A stretch of 64,000 nt of DNA from positions 857-64,856 of the forward strand of contig JABJBP010000007.1 of assembly GCA_018665815.1 (NCBI GenBank), read 5' to 3'. Position 1 is the first letter of the stretch; every line of letters starts with the position of its first letter. Under the pieces are notes generated by a model. That model was not told the DNA's origin. It was given only the letters and a program-made list of their open reading frames with translations, and did not search any database. The translations under genes and the position numbers were made by a program. Of the stretch, positions 44,689-53,424 are shown one piece after another. This DNA comes from Rhodospirillaceae bacterium (lineage in GTDB: Bacteria > Pseudomonadota > Alphaproteobacteria > Rhodospirillales > Casp-alpha2).

Positions 44689-46194
44689 GTGGATATGATT
44701 TCAAAGTTGCCCGAGCAAGGACCGGACCTGCGCGAGATCGGTGCGCGGGTGCTTGTCGGCGGCATGGTCTGTGGATTGCTTGCGGTCTATCCCGCTTCGC
44801 TGTTGGTGACATACCTGAGCGAGCATGGCTTCGGCCTGACCCCAGCGCTTCAGCAAGTCATGACCTTCGCCCTCATCTCTGGCGTGTTTCTCATCGCCGC
44901 GATATTCATCACCTATTTTGTATTGTCGGCGGAGGAAATGCCGGATGACCTGGGTGAGCCGCCGACACCGTTCTCCCCGCCGGAAACATCGGAAGGCGAT
45001 TACATGTCGGCCCCGCCCTTGACGCCGCCTGACCATTCCGAAATGCCCGCCCTGCCGACGACCATCATGCCGGAGACCGTAACTGAGCCGACGACGAGCG
45101 AAACACCCCACACGCTGCCGGCGGAACCCAACGGCGCGCTGTCAAAGGACCATGCGATCAGCGTGCCCGAGCCCGGGCCCGCGAAGGATATCGAATTGGC
45201 ACCGGGCGAGTATGAACCCGGCGAGCTTATAGACCTTGGTTTTGAATCGGATTATGCGGATACCGGAAAACCGTCGCCGGGAATTACCGAAGATCACCGG
45301 CGTGCGATGATTTTGTTCCTGGACCGCGCGCGCATGGTGCTGAACTGCGACGTTGCTCAAATGAACGAGGTTATGGTGTTTGGGTTGAATTTGTTCTTGG
45401 GCGGCGCCGCCGAAAGGTTCGGCGCGTTCATCGGTTTGAAACCCCTGCAAAAATTCGTCCTGATCCGCGAATCTATTGGCTCGCTGACTAAAGACCCCGA
45501 AGACATCGACCGATTTTGCGAAAAGTTTATCGACTACGATATCGACCCGCGCTACAGCGTGATGACCAGGTCCGGTCGCGAGATCATGGAAATGTATCTT
45601 GACGACAATCACGCGTGCTTCGCGCGCCTACCGGAATTGTTCGAACACTGGGTCGGCTCGCCAGCGGGCCGCGCACACGCCGACGGTGTGGTCGTGATTA
45701 TGTGCACGGACCTGACGGACAAAAGCCGGGCCCCGGACAGCGGCATTGTCAATACCAGCATCGTCCGTGCCCACAACGCGGCGGTCCGAAAGGCCTTGGC
45801 CGAGCACCACGGTGTGGAGACCAAACACACCGGCAACGGCATCATGGCGAGCTTTTCAAACGCCCCCCAGGCGGTCGGGGCCGCGCAGATGATCCTTCGT
45901 GGGTTCGAGCGCCACAACCGCGAAACTCCCGCGACGCCGGTGCATCTTCGCCTCGGCTTGCATGTCGAAAAGCAGGAAAAATTTGAAGATAATCGCGCCG
46001 CACAGACCATCCAATTGTCCGCCAGAGTTTGCGGCCTGGCGACGACCGGCCAGATTTTGGTCACGGAAAAGACAATGGAGTACTGCGCCGAGCACCCGAT
46101 TACATTCGCTGAGGTTGACGACCACGGGCTCAAACAATCAGGAAAGCCGGCCCGCATATTCGAAGTAGCTTGGCGGCGCGAGGGCGCACCTTAA
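44689..46194 (+). CDS. Membrane-anchored protein with Pro-rich linker, unknown middle domain and class III nucleotidyl-cyclase-like C-terminal domain (second metal Asp replaced)
   Basis: Two N-terminal TM helices; Pro/Thr/Glu-rich segment at aa 85-200. The C-terminal VVVIMCTDLTD...KHTGNGIMASF...LRLGLH...RVCGLATTGQILV resembles the CHD fold. GTG start, with ATG 44695 as an alternative. Confidence 0.65.
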   Translation: MDMISKLPEQGPDLREIGARVLVGGMVCGLLAVYPASLLVTYLSEHGFGLTPALQQVMTFALISGVFLIAAIFITYFVLSAEEMPDDLGEPPTPFSPPETSEGDYMSAPPLTPPDHSEMPALPTTIMPETVTEPTTSETPHTLPAEPNGALSKDHAISVPEPGPAKDIELAPGEYEPGELIDLGFESDYADTGKPSPGITEDHRRAMILFLDRARMVLNCDVAQMNEVMVFGLNLFLGGAAERFGAFIGLKPLQKFVLIRESIGSLTKDPEDIDRFCEKFIDYDIDPRYSVMTRSGREIMEMYLDDNHACFARLPELFEHWVGSPAGRAHADGVVVIMCTDLTDKSRAPDSGIVNTSIVRAHNAAVRKALAEHHGVETKHTGNGIMASFSNAPQAVGAAQMILRGFERHNRETPATPVHLRLGLHVEKQEKFEDNRAAQTIQLSARVCGLATTGQILVTEKTMEYCAEHPITFAEVDDHGLKQSGKPARIFEVAWRREGAP

Positions 46195-46215
46195 TACCAA
46201 CCACGGCGCAACGGC

Positions 46216-47097
46216 CTAGCTTTGTATGCCAAGCACTGGTTCCGTCTCGCCAATCTGCGTGCGACGCATATGCCGCCGCGCCTTGGGATCAAACGCGTCA
46301 CGGCGATGCAATAAGAATCGATTGTCCCAAAGAATGAGATCGCCGACCTGCCATTGTTGATGCCAATTAAATTCAGGCTTGGTGATATGCGCCCACAATT
46401 CATCGAGCAGCGCTTCACTTTCTTCGACGGCTAATCCCATCACGTAAGCGTTGCGCCGGCGCCCCAAATACAGGGCTTTCCCACCGGTTTCCGGGTGTAC
46501 ACGAACCAACGGATGGACGGCGCCCGGCACTTCCGAGACGTCTTTATAATTTTCTTCGAAACCTTTGCGTAGTTGACCGACACTGTTGCGGCTGGCGTCG
46601 TGTTTGCACGATAACGTAGCAATTCGTTCGCGGGTGGCCGCCGGCAGCGCCTCATAAGCGGCGAACATGTTATCAAACCCCGTATCACCACCGCTTAGCG
46701 GCACTTCCAACGCATAAAGCATGCAGCCTTTCGGTGGCGCATCCGTGTAGGTCATATCGGCGTGCCACTCGGCCTCGCCGTCGCCCAAACCGCCGGTCCG
46801 TTGCCCCTCCGGCGTGGTGATGTTTGAGATCACATTGATTTCGGGGTTTTCCGGCACCCAAGTAGTCCCGTAGGGATTGATCGGCGCCTTATCCAAAGGG
46901 CCGAACCGTCGGCTGAAGGCGAGGAGATTTTCGTCGCTCAATTGTTGGCCGCGAAATCTCAGCACCAAATGATCCCGCCACGCGCCGGCGATGATTGCGA
47001 ATGCGTCATCGCTCACCGGCACGGATAAATCGACGCCGTGGACATCGGCACCCAGCGCCGCCCCGATCGGTTCAATCCTAATTGTGGTGGCGTTCAA
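46216..47097 (-). CDS. TauD/TfdA-family Fe(II)/2-oxoglutarate dioxygenase
   Basis: 293 aa. Opens IRIEPIGAALGADVHGVDL. His-x-Asp facial-triad region is EWHADMTY. The C-terminal segment reads WDNRFLLHRR. Confidence 0.85.
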   Translation of the reverse strand: MNATTIRIEPIGAALGADVHGVDLSVPVSDDAFAIIAGAWRDHLVLRFRGQQLSDENLLAFSRRFGPLDKAPINPYGTTWVPENPEINVISNITTPEGQRTGGLGDGEAEWHADMTYTDAPPKGCMLYALEVPLSGGDTGFDNMFAAYEALPAATRERIATLSCKHDASRNSVGQLRKGFEENYKDVSEVPGAVHPLVRVHPETGGKALYLGRRRNAYVMGLAVEESEALLDELWAHITKPEFNWHQQWQVGDLILWDNRFLLHRRDAFDPKARRHMRRTQIGETEPVLGIQS

Positions 47098-47885
47098 AAT
47101 ATCAGCCCTCTCAACGCTTTGTACATTTCGTTCGGGCGTTCAATCATCATCATATGGCCGCATCGATCCAGGATATTGACGTTCGCGCCCTCAATGGCAT
47201 CGGCCAGCGCGATGCCACTTTTCACCGGCGTCATTTTATCGTCGCGGCCCAACACGAAATCGGTCGGGCAGGTAATCTTTAATGCCGCAGCGGGGGCGTC
47301 GGTATAGGCATTACAGGCGGCCAGGTCATTTGAAAGGACGCCGGCTTTCGCATTTTTCAACAACACCTCGCTGGCGCCGTGAACCCAAAGCCCGGGCAGC
47401 GGATGGCCGCCGGTCTGAGCTTTCTCGCCAAGCCCCCAGAAAACGATCAATTCCGGTCCCAGCGGCTCATTGGCGGCGGCGGCAGCAAGAAGGTCGGGAT
47501 GCACCGGCATGCCTTCGGCGACACCGGTCAAGATCAAGCGCTCGGCGCGTTCCGGATAACGCGACACCGCATCCAACGTGATCAGTGACCCCATGGAATG
47601 GCCCATAAAAGTCGCAGTATCGATCTCCGCCGCATCCATGAAACGAACCAGCCAATCGGCAATGTCGGCAATGGATGCGAGCGCCGGGCCATCGGATCGC
47701 CCATGACCGGGCAAATCGACAGCGAACACGCGCCGCTCCTGAAAGGCGATATTGCGGGTCTGCATCTGCCAGATGGTGCGGTCCATGCCGGCGCCGTGAA
47801 CCAAAATCACGGCGGGATCGTCCGGGTTATTGGCCCGTCCGCCGGTGGCCGCATGGGCGGTTTTGCCATCAACGATAATATCCAT
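47094..47885 (-). CDS. Alpha/beta hydrolase
   Basis: 263 aa with VILVHGAGMD and the nucleophile elbow GHSMGS. Shows a 4-nt overlap with the TauD-like gene. Confidence 0.8.
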   Translation of the reverse strand: MDIIVDGKTAHAATGGRANNPDDPAVILVHGAGMDRTIWQMQTRNIAFQERRVFAVDLPGHGRSDGPALASIADIADWLVRFMDAAEIDTATFMGHSMGSLITLDAVSRYPERAERLILTGVAEGMPVHPDLLAAAAANEPLGPELIVFWGLGEKAQTGGHPLPGLWVHGASEVLLKNAKAGVLSNDLAACNAYTDAPAAALKITCPTDFVLGRDDKMTPVKSGIALADAIEGANVNILDRCGHMMMIERPNEMYKALRGLIF

Positions 47886-47894
47886 GTCCCGACC

Positions 47895-49190
47895 TCACCC
47901 TTTTTGCGAAGCGCGAAGCGCCTGCTTCAAATCGGCGGTGATATCATCGACATCCTCAATGCCGACGCTGAGCCGCACCATCCCTTCCCCGATGCCGGCG
48001 GCCTCCAGGGCTTCACCGGACATTTGCTGGTGGGTCGTGCTGGCTGGGTGAATAACCAAAGTTTTGGCATCACCAACGTTGGCCAAATGCGAAGCCAACC
48101 GCACGCTCTCAATGAACTTCCGTCCCGCCGCACGACCACCTTTCAACCCGAAGCTCAACATCGCACCCGGCCCCTTCGGGATCAGGCGCTTCGCCAATTC
48201 GTGGTCGGGATGCGAGGCAAGCCCCGGATAGTTCACCCACCCGACCTCATTAACGCCTTCGAGGAACTCGGCGACCGTTTGCGCGTTGGCGATGTGCTTT
48301 TCCATGCGGAGCGGCAGCGTCTCGATCCCTTGCAGAATATAGAACGCGTTGGCCGGACTCATGCAGGCGCCAAAATCCTTCATCCCTTCGGCGCGGGCCC
48401 GCATGACCAAGGCTTGCGTGCCGAACTCTTCGGCGAAGTCGAGCCCGTGATAGCCGTCGTAGGGTTCGGTCAGAGTTGGAAATTTCCCTGATGCCTCCCA
48501 ATCAAAGCGCCCCGAATCAATAAATACGCCGCCGATGGCGACCCCGTGCCCACCCATGTACTTGGTCAGCGAATGCATGACGATATCCGCGCCATGATCG
48601 AAGGGATTCATCAGATAAGGCGTGGTGAACGTGCTGTCGATCATCAACGGCAAGCCCGCATCGTGCGCAACATCGGCGATTACTGGCAGGTCCATGACCT
48701 CAATCCCCGGGTTACCCAAGGTCTCGCCAAAGACTAGGCGGGTGTCATCGGTGATTGCGTCTTTGAAGGCCTGAGGATCGCGCGGGTTGACGAAGGTCGT
48801 GTTGATCCCGAAGCGCGGCATGGTGTAGCTGAATAGATTGTGCGTACCGCCGTAAAGCGAGCCCGATGAGACGATATGTCCGCCTTTGTCCATCAACGTT
48901 GCAATGGCCAGGAAAATCGCCGCCATGCCGCTGGCAGTCGCCACCGCGCCGACACCGCCTTCCAGCGCAGCGGCGCGTTCTTCCAACACCGCAACAGTCG
49001 GATTGGAGAGCCGCGTATAGATATGGCCGGGGCGTTCCAGGTTATAGAGCGACGCCGCGTGATCGGTATCTTCGAAGACATACGACGTGGTTTGATAGAT
49101 CGGCACGGCCCGGGCACCGGTCGTGGGGTCAGGCTGTTGGCCGGCGTGCAGGCTAAGGGTATCAAAATTCAAAAACTTCGGCGTCACCAT
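47895..49190 (-). CDS. metY: O-acetylhomoserine sulfhydrylase (PLP, Cys/Met metabolism family)
   Basis: Reads [39 protein letters not shown]...[13 protein letters not shown] 49190 is preceded by GGAGG. The track ORF extension to 49514 is not protein-like. Confidence 0.9.
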   Translation of the reverse strand: MVTPKFLNFDTLSLHAGQQPDPTTGARAVPIYQTTSYVFEDTDHAASLYNLERPGHIYTRLSNPTVAVLEERAAALEGGVGAVATASGMAAIFLAIATLMDKGGHIVSSGSLYGGTHNLFSYTMPRFGINTTFVNPRDPQAFKDAITDDTRLVFGETLGNPGIEVMDLPVIADVAHDAGLPLMIDSTFTTPYLMNPFDHGADIVMHSLTKYMGGHGVAIGGVFIDSGRFDWEASGKFPTLTEPYDGYHGLDFAEEFGTQALVMRARAEGMKDFGACMSPANAFYILQGIETLPLRMEKHIANAQTVAEFLEGVNEVGWVNYPGLASHPDHELAKRLIPKGPGAMLSFGLKGGRAAGRKFIESVRLASHLANVGDAKTLVIHPASTTHQQMSGEALEAAGIGEGMVRLSVGIEDVDDITADLKQALRASQKG

Positions 49191-49278
49191 GGCGGCCTCC
49201 GGGGTTCTGGCCCTCTTTACAAACACGTCCGTACTCTTTACGCAAGGCGCCATCGAACTGATGCCGGGAGACTGCAGA

Positions 49279-50592
49279 ATGTCGCGTGAAATCAAATCCG
49301 TAGCCGTGATCGGCGGCGGCACCATGGGGACCGGGATCGCCGGATTATGCGCCCAGCGCGGCCATAAGGTGTTGCTGCTCGACGTATCCGAAGAGGCAGT
49401 TGAAAAGGCCCGCGAACGGATCCTCAACGGCCGCCCCCCGGCTGTCGATGAGCCTGAAAAAGCCGACAATATCACGTTTGGCACCATTGATGCCGATCTG
49501 GCCCAAATCGCCAATTACGATTGGATTTGCGAAGCGGTCATTGAAGATCTGGAGACTAAGCGCGCGCTGTTTGAGAAGATGGAACCGCTGCGCCGCGAAG
49601 GCTCGGTGATTTCCACCAACACGTCGGGGATACCGCTGCGTGACGTGACCGAAGGCCTGCCGGACAGTCTGCGCCGCGATATCGCCGTCACGCACTTTTT
49701 CAACCCGGTCAAAATCATGCGCCTGATGGAATTGGTTCCGGGCGAAGATACGACACCCGATGTCATGGATGCCTTGGCTGATTTCACTGGCGGGGTGCTC
49801 GGCAAGGGCGTCGTATACGCCAAGGACACGGTCAATTTCATTGGCAACCGGATCGGATGTTATTGGATGTTGAGCGGCCTGCATTATGCAACTCATGCAC
49901 TGGAGAACGGCGTGTCCATGGAAGAGATCGACGCCTTGATGTCCGGGCCTGTCGGTCTACCGCCAACGGGGCTTTATGGGTTGATTGATCTGATCGGGCT
50001 CGACGTGATGGATCTGGTCGGCAAGAATTTAGCCGTCAATCTGCCGGACGGCGACGCCGGGGCGGACTTTGTCGCCCTGCCAGTTCCCATCCAAGGGATG
50101 CTTGAACGCGGCCAAATCGGCCGCAAGGCCGGTGCCGGGTTCTACCGTATGCAGAAGTTGGACGACGGGTCGCGCAAGACCGAGGTTTTCGATCTCACCG
50201 CAGGGGATTGGCGGGATTTCCGCAAGGCCCAATTGGATGACGCCCACGGCAGTCTGGATGTCTTGTTCACTGACGATGCGGCGGGCCGGTTTGCCTGGCA
50301 GATCATGGGCGGCACGCTGTGTTACGCCGCCGACCTGATACCTGAAATTGCCGATGACGTGGTCAACATCGACCGGGCGATGACCTGGGGTTTTGCGTGG
50401 GGCCAGGGGCCGTTCCAAATGTTGGATGCGCTCGGCCCGACCCGCGTCATTGAGAAGATCGAAGCCGGCGGCGGCGCGCTGCCGAAAATGCTGAGCGTGC
50501 TCAAGGATGCTGGCGCTGAAACTTTCTATCGCAACGATGGCGCCGAGTTCCTGGGCCGCGATGGAAACTACCACCAAACGCCGCCTGAGTGA
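49279..50592 (+). CDS. 3-hydroxyacyl-CoA dehydrogenase family protein
   Basis: Opens MSREIKSVAVIGGGTMGTGIAGLCAQRGHKVLLLDV, with FFNPVKIMRLMELV. ATG 49279 is preceded by GGGAG. Confidence 0.85.
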   Translation: MSREIKSVAVIGGGTMGTGIAGLCAQRGHKVLLLDVSEEAVEKARERILNGRPPAVDEPEKADNITFGTIDADLAQIANYDWICEAVIEDLETKRALFEKMEPLRREGSVISTNTSGIPLRDVTEGLPDSLRRDIAVTHFFNPVKIMRLMELVPGEDTTPDVMDALADFTGGVLGKGVVYAKDTVNFIGNRIGCYWMLSGLHYATHALENGVSMEEIDALMSGPVGLPPTGLYGLIDLIGLDVMDLVGKNLAVNLPDGDAGADFVALPVPIQGMLERGQIGRKAGAGFYRMQKLDDGSRKTEVFDLTAGDWRDFRKAQLDDAHGSLDVLFTDDAAGRFAWQIMGGTLCYAADLIPEIADDVVNIDRAMTWGFAWGQGPFQMLDALGPTRVIEKIEAGGGALPKMLSVLKDAGAETFYRNDGAEFLGRDGNYHQTPPE

Positions 50593-50658
50593 TCCGATGA
50601 CGGGGATCGCCTAAATGATTGGAATGATCCTCTACACAGTGTCGGCATTTGGACTGGG

Positions 50659-52572
50659 GTGTTTTCTGCCCGGCGGTCGCGCCGGCGCGCTTTCCTACGG
50701 CGGCATCAAGTATTTTTTTCCGGTGCAGCGCTCATTAGTTTGGCACTGTTCTTCTCCCACGCCATCGCTGGGATTGATCTTCGGGTAACGTGCTTTGTGA
50801 TTCTCGCAATCGCCGTCGTCGGAATTATCATGATGATCCGTCGGCAAAATCGGCAGATATTTGCGGTCGATACCATTGCACATCCAATTCCAGTATTTAC
50901 CGTTGGTGTCTTGGCACTTGCAGGTTTCCAGGGAGGTGTCGGCTACATTCCGTATCTCAGTGATGAGTTCAGCCACTGGATCGGCATTACCCGTCAAATT
51001 CACACACTCGGCGCTTTGGACATTGATGCCATTGCCCACGGCGTTCCCGATTACTTGGTTGGCTGGCCCTTACTCATGGCCTATCCCGGCGCCATCGTGG
51101 GCACCTACGATGAAGGCCAAATCGCGCTTTTGCCAACGGTTCTGCACATCGGCATGTTGGCGATGGTCTTTGATGTCGTCCGCGCAGTCCTCCGCACCGA
51201 CACGAAATTGTCGGAAAAGCAGGTTATCCTATTCACCTGGCTCGGCTTGCTGACCCTGCTGGGCATCGAGGCGTCTGGCCAGTTAGTCGCCCGCAATCTG
51301 TTGACGGAACCGCCGCAGGTTTACGGCATGACGGCAATCGTTGTTCTTTGCATGGCCGCCTGCCGGTTCCCCGACCACGCCCTGCACCTGGCGGGCCATG
51401 CAGGTATCGTGCTGGCCAGCCCCTACATCATCAAAATCACTGCGCTGGCAATGATACCGGCCCTCGCCATATTCGCCGTCTGGCTTTTCAGACGTGACGT
51501 GAACAACGCTGCCCTGCTCCATCTGGGTTTGGCGTATTTCGGGTTGATGGCTCTGGCGCTGATCAGTTGGAAGTATTTCGGTGGTCCCACCGATACCACT
51601 GAGTATTCTAATCCCGCACGCCTGCTAACACCGTCACGTCTGGCCAATTTGGCCAGTCCGGAATCGGTACATATTGCCAAGCTTTGGTTCGCCCACCTTT
51701 GGGACTACCTCAGCGCCTACAAAGCCCCCCTCACGCTCGCCGCCCTGGCCGGAATCATCTGGGCAGGTTTTGACAATAGATGGCGATGGGTGGTGATTGT
51801 TCTCGGGCTTTTCCTTCTCGTCTATATGGCGGCCTTCCTGCTTTATCAGGTCGAATCCTGGAAACTGTGGTTCCACTCGGTGCAACGATTTACCCGCGTC
51901 GGGTTGCGCGCCATGCATCTGATCGGTCTGGTACTTTTTGGATTGATGACGCTAGAGGCCCTGTCGCGCCGATCCGATGGTGGCTTCCAGGCGCTTTTGG
52001 TGTCGAGTAGGACTCGAACCATCGTCCTAGCCGGCGTCATCGCGCTTAGTCTATTTCAAGGTTTCCAAGGGCACCGGCGGATCGCCGACCTTGGCACACG
52101 CGCGGTCCAGAGCACGCAGGAAGGGACGCTTACAACGCGGGCCGGCGCCCTGGCCTTGCGGTCGCATTTAAATGCCTTTGACGAGTCAAAACCAAAAATT
52201 CTCATGATCAATGCGAGCCACGACCGGTATTGGATGGAAATGCTTTTTCTTTACCTGCTACCGAGCGAATTTGCGGCTGGCTTTCCGGACGTGGCGATTA
52301 CTGACAATCTAATTTCGTGGTACATGCCCAAGGCCCGAACCGTAACACCGCGCCAGCCGCCCGGTTGGTTTCCCGTGCCGGCGGACATCGATATCATTTG
52401 GCCACTCTCATTAAGTGCGACTGATCGCAAGAACCTATATCGCGTTACCGACGGCGAATGCACGGGTGATCCGGCGCATTATTTTCTTGTCCGCCAACAC
52501 CGCGGGGCAGCAACGTTTTCATGCCGTTGGAAGTTACCAGACGGCGTTGATGGGGTGCCTGCGCTGCGGTGA
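50659..52572 (+). CDS. Large polytopic membrane protein of unknown function (possibly glycosyltransferase-C-fold-like); 5' end ambiguous
   Basis: Has 12 or more hydrophobic helices over about 450 aa, followed by a soluble C-terminal region. Composition looks more AT-rich than its neighbours. An upstream ATG at 50615 lies in another frame and joins this frame at a T7 run (see findings). Confidence 0.5.
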   Translation: MFSARRSRRRAFLRRHQVFFSGAALISLALFFSHAIAGIDLRVTCFVILAIAVVGIIMMIRRQNRQIFAVDTIAHPIPVFTVGVLALAGFQGGVGYIPYLSDEFSHWIGITRQIHTLGALDIDAIAHGVPDYLVGWPLLMAYPGAIVGTYDEGQIALLPTVLHIGMLAMVFDVVRAVLRTDTKLSEKQVILFTWLGLLTLLGIEASGQLVARNLLTEPPQVYGMTAIVVLCMAACRFPDHALHLAGHAGIVLASPYIIKITALAMIPALAIFAVWLFRRDVNNAALLHLGLAYFGLMALALISWKYFGGPTDTTEYSNPARLLTPSRLANLASPESVHIAKLWFAHLWDYLSAYKAPLTLAALAGIIWAGFDNRWRWVVIVLGLFLLVYMAAFLLYQVESWKLWFHSVQRFTRVGLRAMHLIGLVLFGLMTLEALSRRSDGGFQALLVSSRTRTIVLAGVIALSLFQGFQGHRRIADLGTRAVQSTQEGTLTTRAGALALRSHLNAFDESKPKILMINASHDRYWMEMLFLYLLPSEFAAGFPDVAITDNLISWYMPKARTVTPRQPPGWFPVPADIDIIWPLSLSATDRKNLYRVTDGECTGDPAHYFLVRQHRGAATFSCRWKLPDGVDGVPALR

Positions 52573-52652
52573 ATGTCTGGCCATTGTGGCGCCGTTCTCT
52601 TCAGAATACCGCCGTACGCCGTCACGGATTTAATGTGCCATGCCTACCTAGC

Positions 52653-53420
52653 CTAGAACGCGTTAACTGCGTGCCCGCCATCGACACTGAGGACAACGCC
52701 GGTCATGTAGGCCCCCGCATCGGACGCCAATAACAACAACGGGCCTTCCAATTCGCTTTTATCACCAACCCGGCCGGCGGGGATGCGGCCGATCATCGGT
52801 TGAGTCGCCTCACTACGCAAGTAATCGCGGTTAAGGTCGGTTTCGAAATACCCCGGCGCCAGGGCATTAACGCGGATGCCGTGCGCCGCCCATTCCACGG
52901 CCAGGGAACGGGTCAGGTGCGCGACCCCGGCTTTTGAAACCGTGTAGGGCATGATGCCCTTGGAAACACGTTTCGCCAGCAGGGACGCGATATTGACAAT
53001 GGCGCCACCGGATTCTGCAGCGACCATGCGCTGAGCGGCTTCCTGGGCGACAGCCCAAACGCCACTGAGGTTGGTAGCGATCACCGAGTCCCAATGCTCT
53101 TGCGACACTTCAAGGGCCATTTCACGGTCCACGATGCCGGCATTATTAACGATCACGCCGACAGTACCGGCTGCCGCCTCGGCGGCATCGAATGCCGCTT
53201 TGATACTGTCACGCTCAGTTACGTCCATGGGTACCGCGTGCGCCGTTCCCCCGCCATCCGCAATCGCGCCGACCGTTTCCGCCAGCTTATCGGTACGCCG
53301 CGCGGCGACCACCACTGTGGCGCCGGCGCCCGCCAGGGTCATCGCGAAATGCCGGCCCAATCCGCCGGACGCGCCGGTCACCAGCGCAGTTTTTCCTGAA
53401 AGGTCAAAACGATCAGTCAT
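52653..53420 (-). CDS. Short-chain dehydrogenase/reductase (SDR)
   Basis: Opens MTDRFDLSGKTALVTGASGGLGRHFA, with NNAG and YTVSKAG catalytic motifs. ATG 53420 lies 4 nt after the ligase stop. Confidence 0.9.
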   Translation of the reverse strand: MTDRFDLSGKTALVTGASGGLGRHFAMTLAGAGATVVVAARRTDKLAETVGAIADGGGTAHAVPMDVTERDSIKAAFDAAEAAAGTVGVIVNNAGIVDREMALEVSQEHWDSVIATNLSGVWAVAQEAAQRMVAAESGGAIVNIASLLAKRVSKGIMPYTVSKAGVAHLTRSLAVEWAAHGIRVNALAPGYFETDLNRDYLRSEATQPMIGRIPAGRVGDKSELEGPLLLLASDAGAYMTGVVLSVDGGHAVNAF

Positions 53421-53424
53421 CGGC

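Noticed and set aside
47598-48491. 297-aa plus-strand ORF antisense to the alpha/beta hydrolase and metY
   Set aside because: It lies antisense to two genes with strong family motifs and has low-complexity, Arg/Gly-rich content. No RBS or neighbouring co-oriented gene is present.
49191-49278. Possible SAM-responsive riboswitch in the metY leader (such elements are common upstream of met genes in alphaproteobacteria); the leader contains a direct repeat GTAAAGAG x2
   Set aside because: I could not match the leader to the SAM-II-type consensus as I remember it (no clear AAAGC pseudoknot element). A covariance-model search is needed, so it is not called.
49191-49514. 5' extensions of track ORFs beyond the biologically sensible starts: metY to 49514, hbd-like from 49123, D-aminoacylase to 57052, nitrilase-like from 56723, comE to 62023, soxB from 14173, GntR2 to 30880, M29-like from 30844, SucD-like to 37362, SDR to 53456
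   Set aside because: The extensions overlap the divergent or upstream neighbour and are non-protein-like. In each case an internal start with a good RBS coincides with the conserved family N-terminus.
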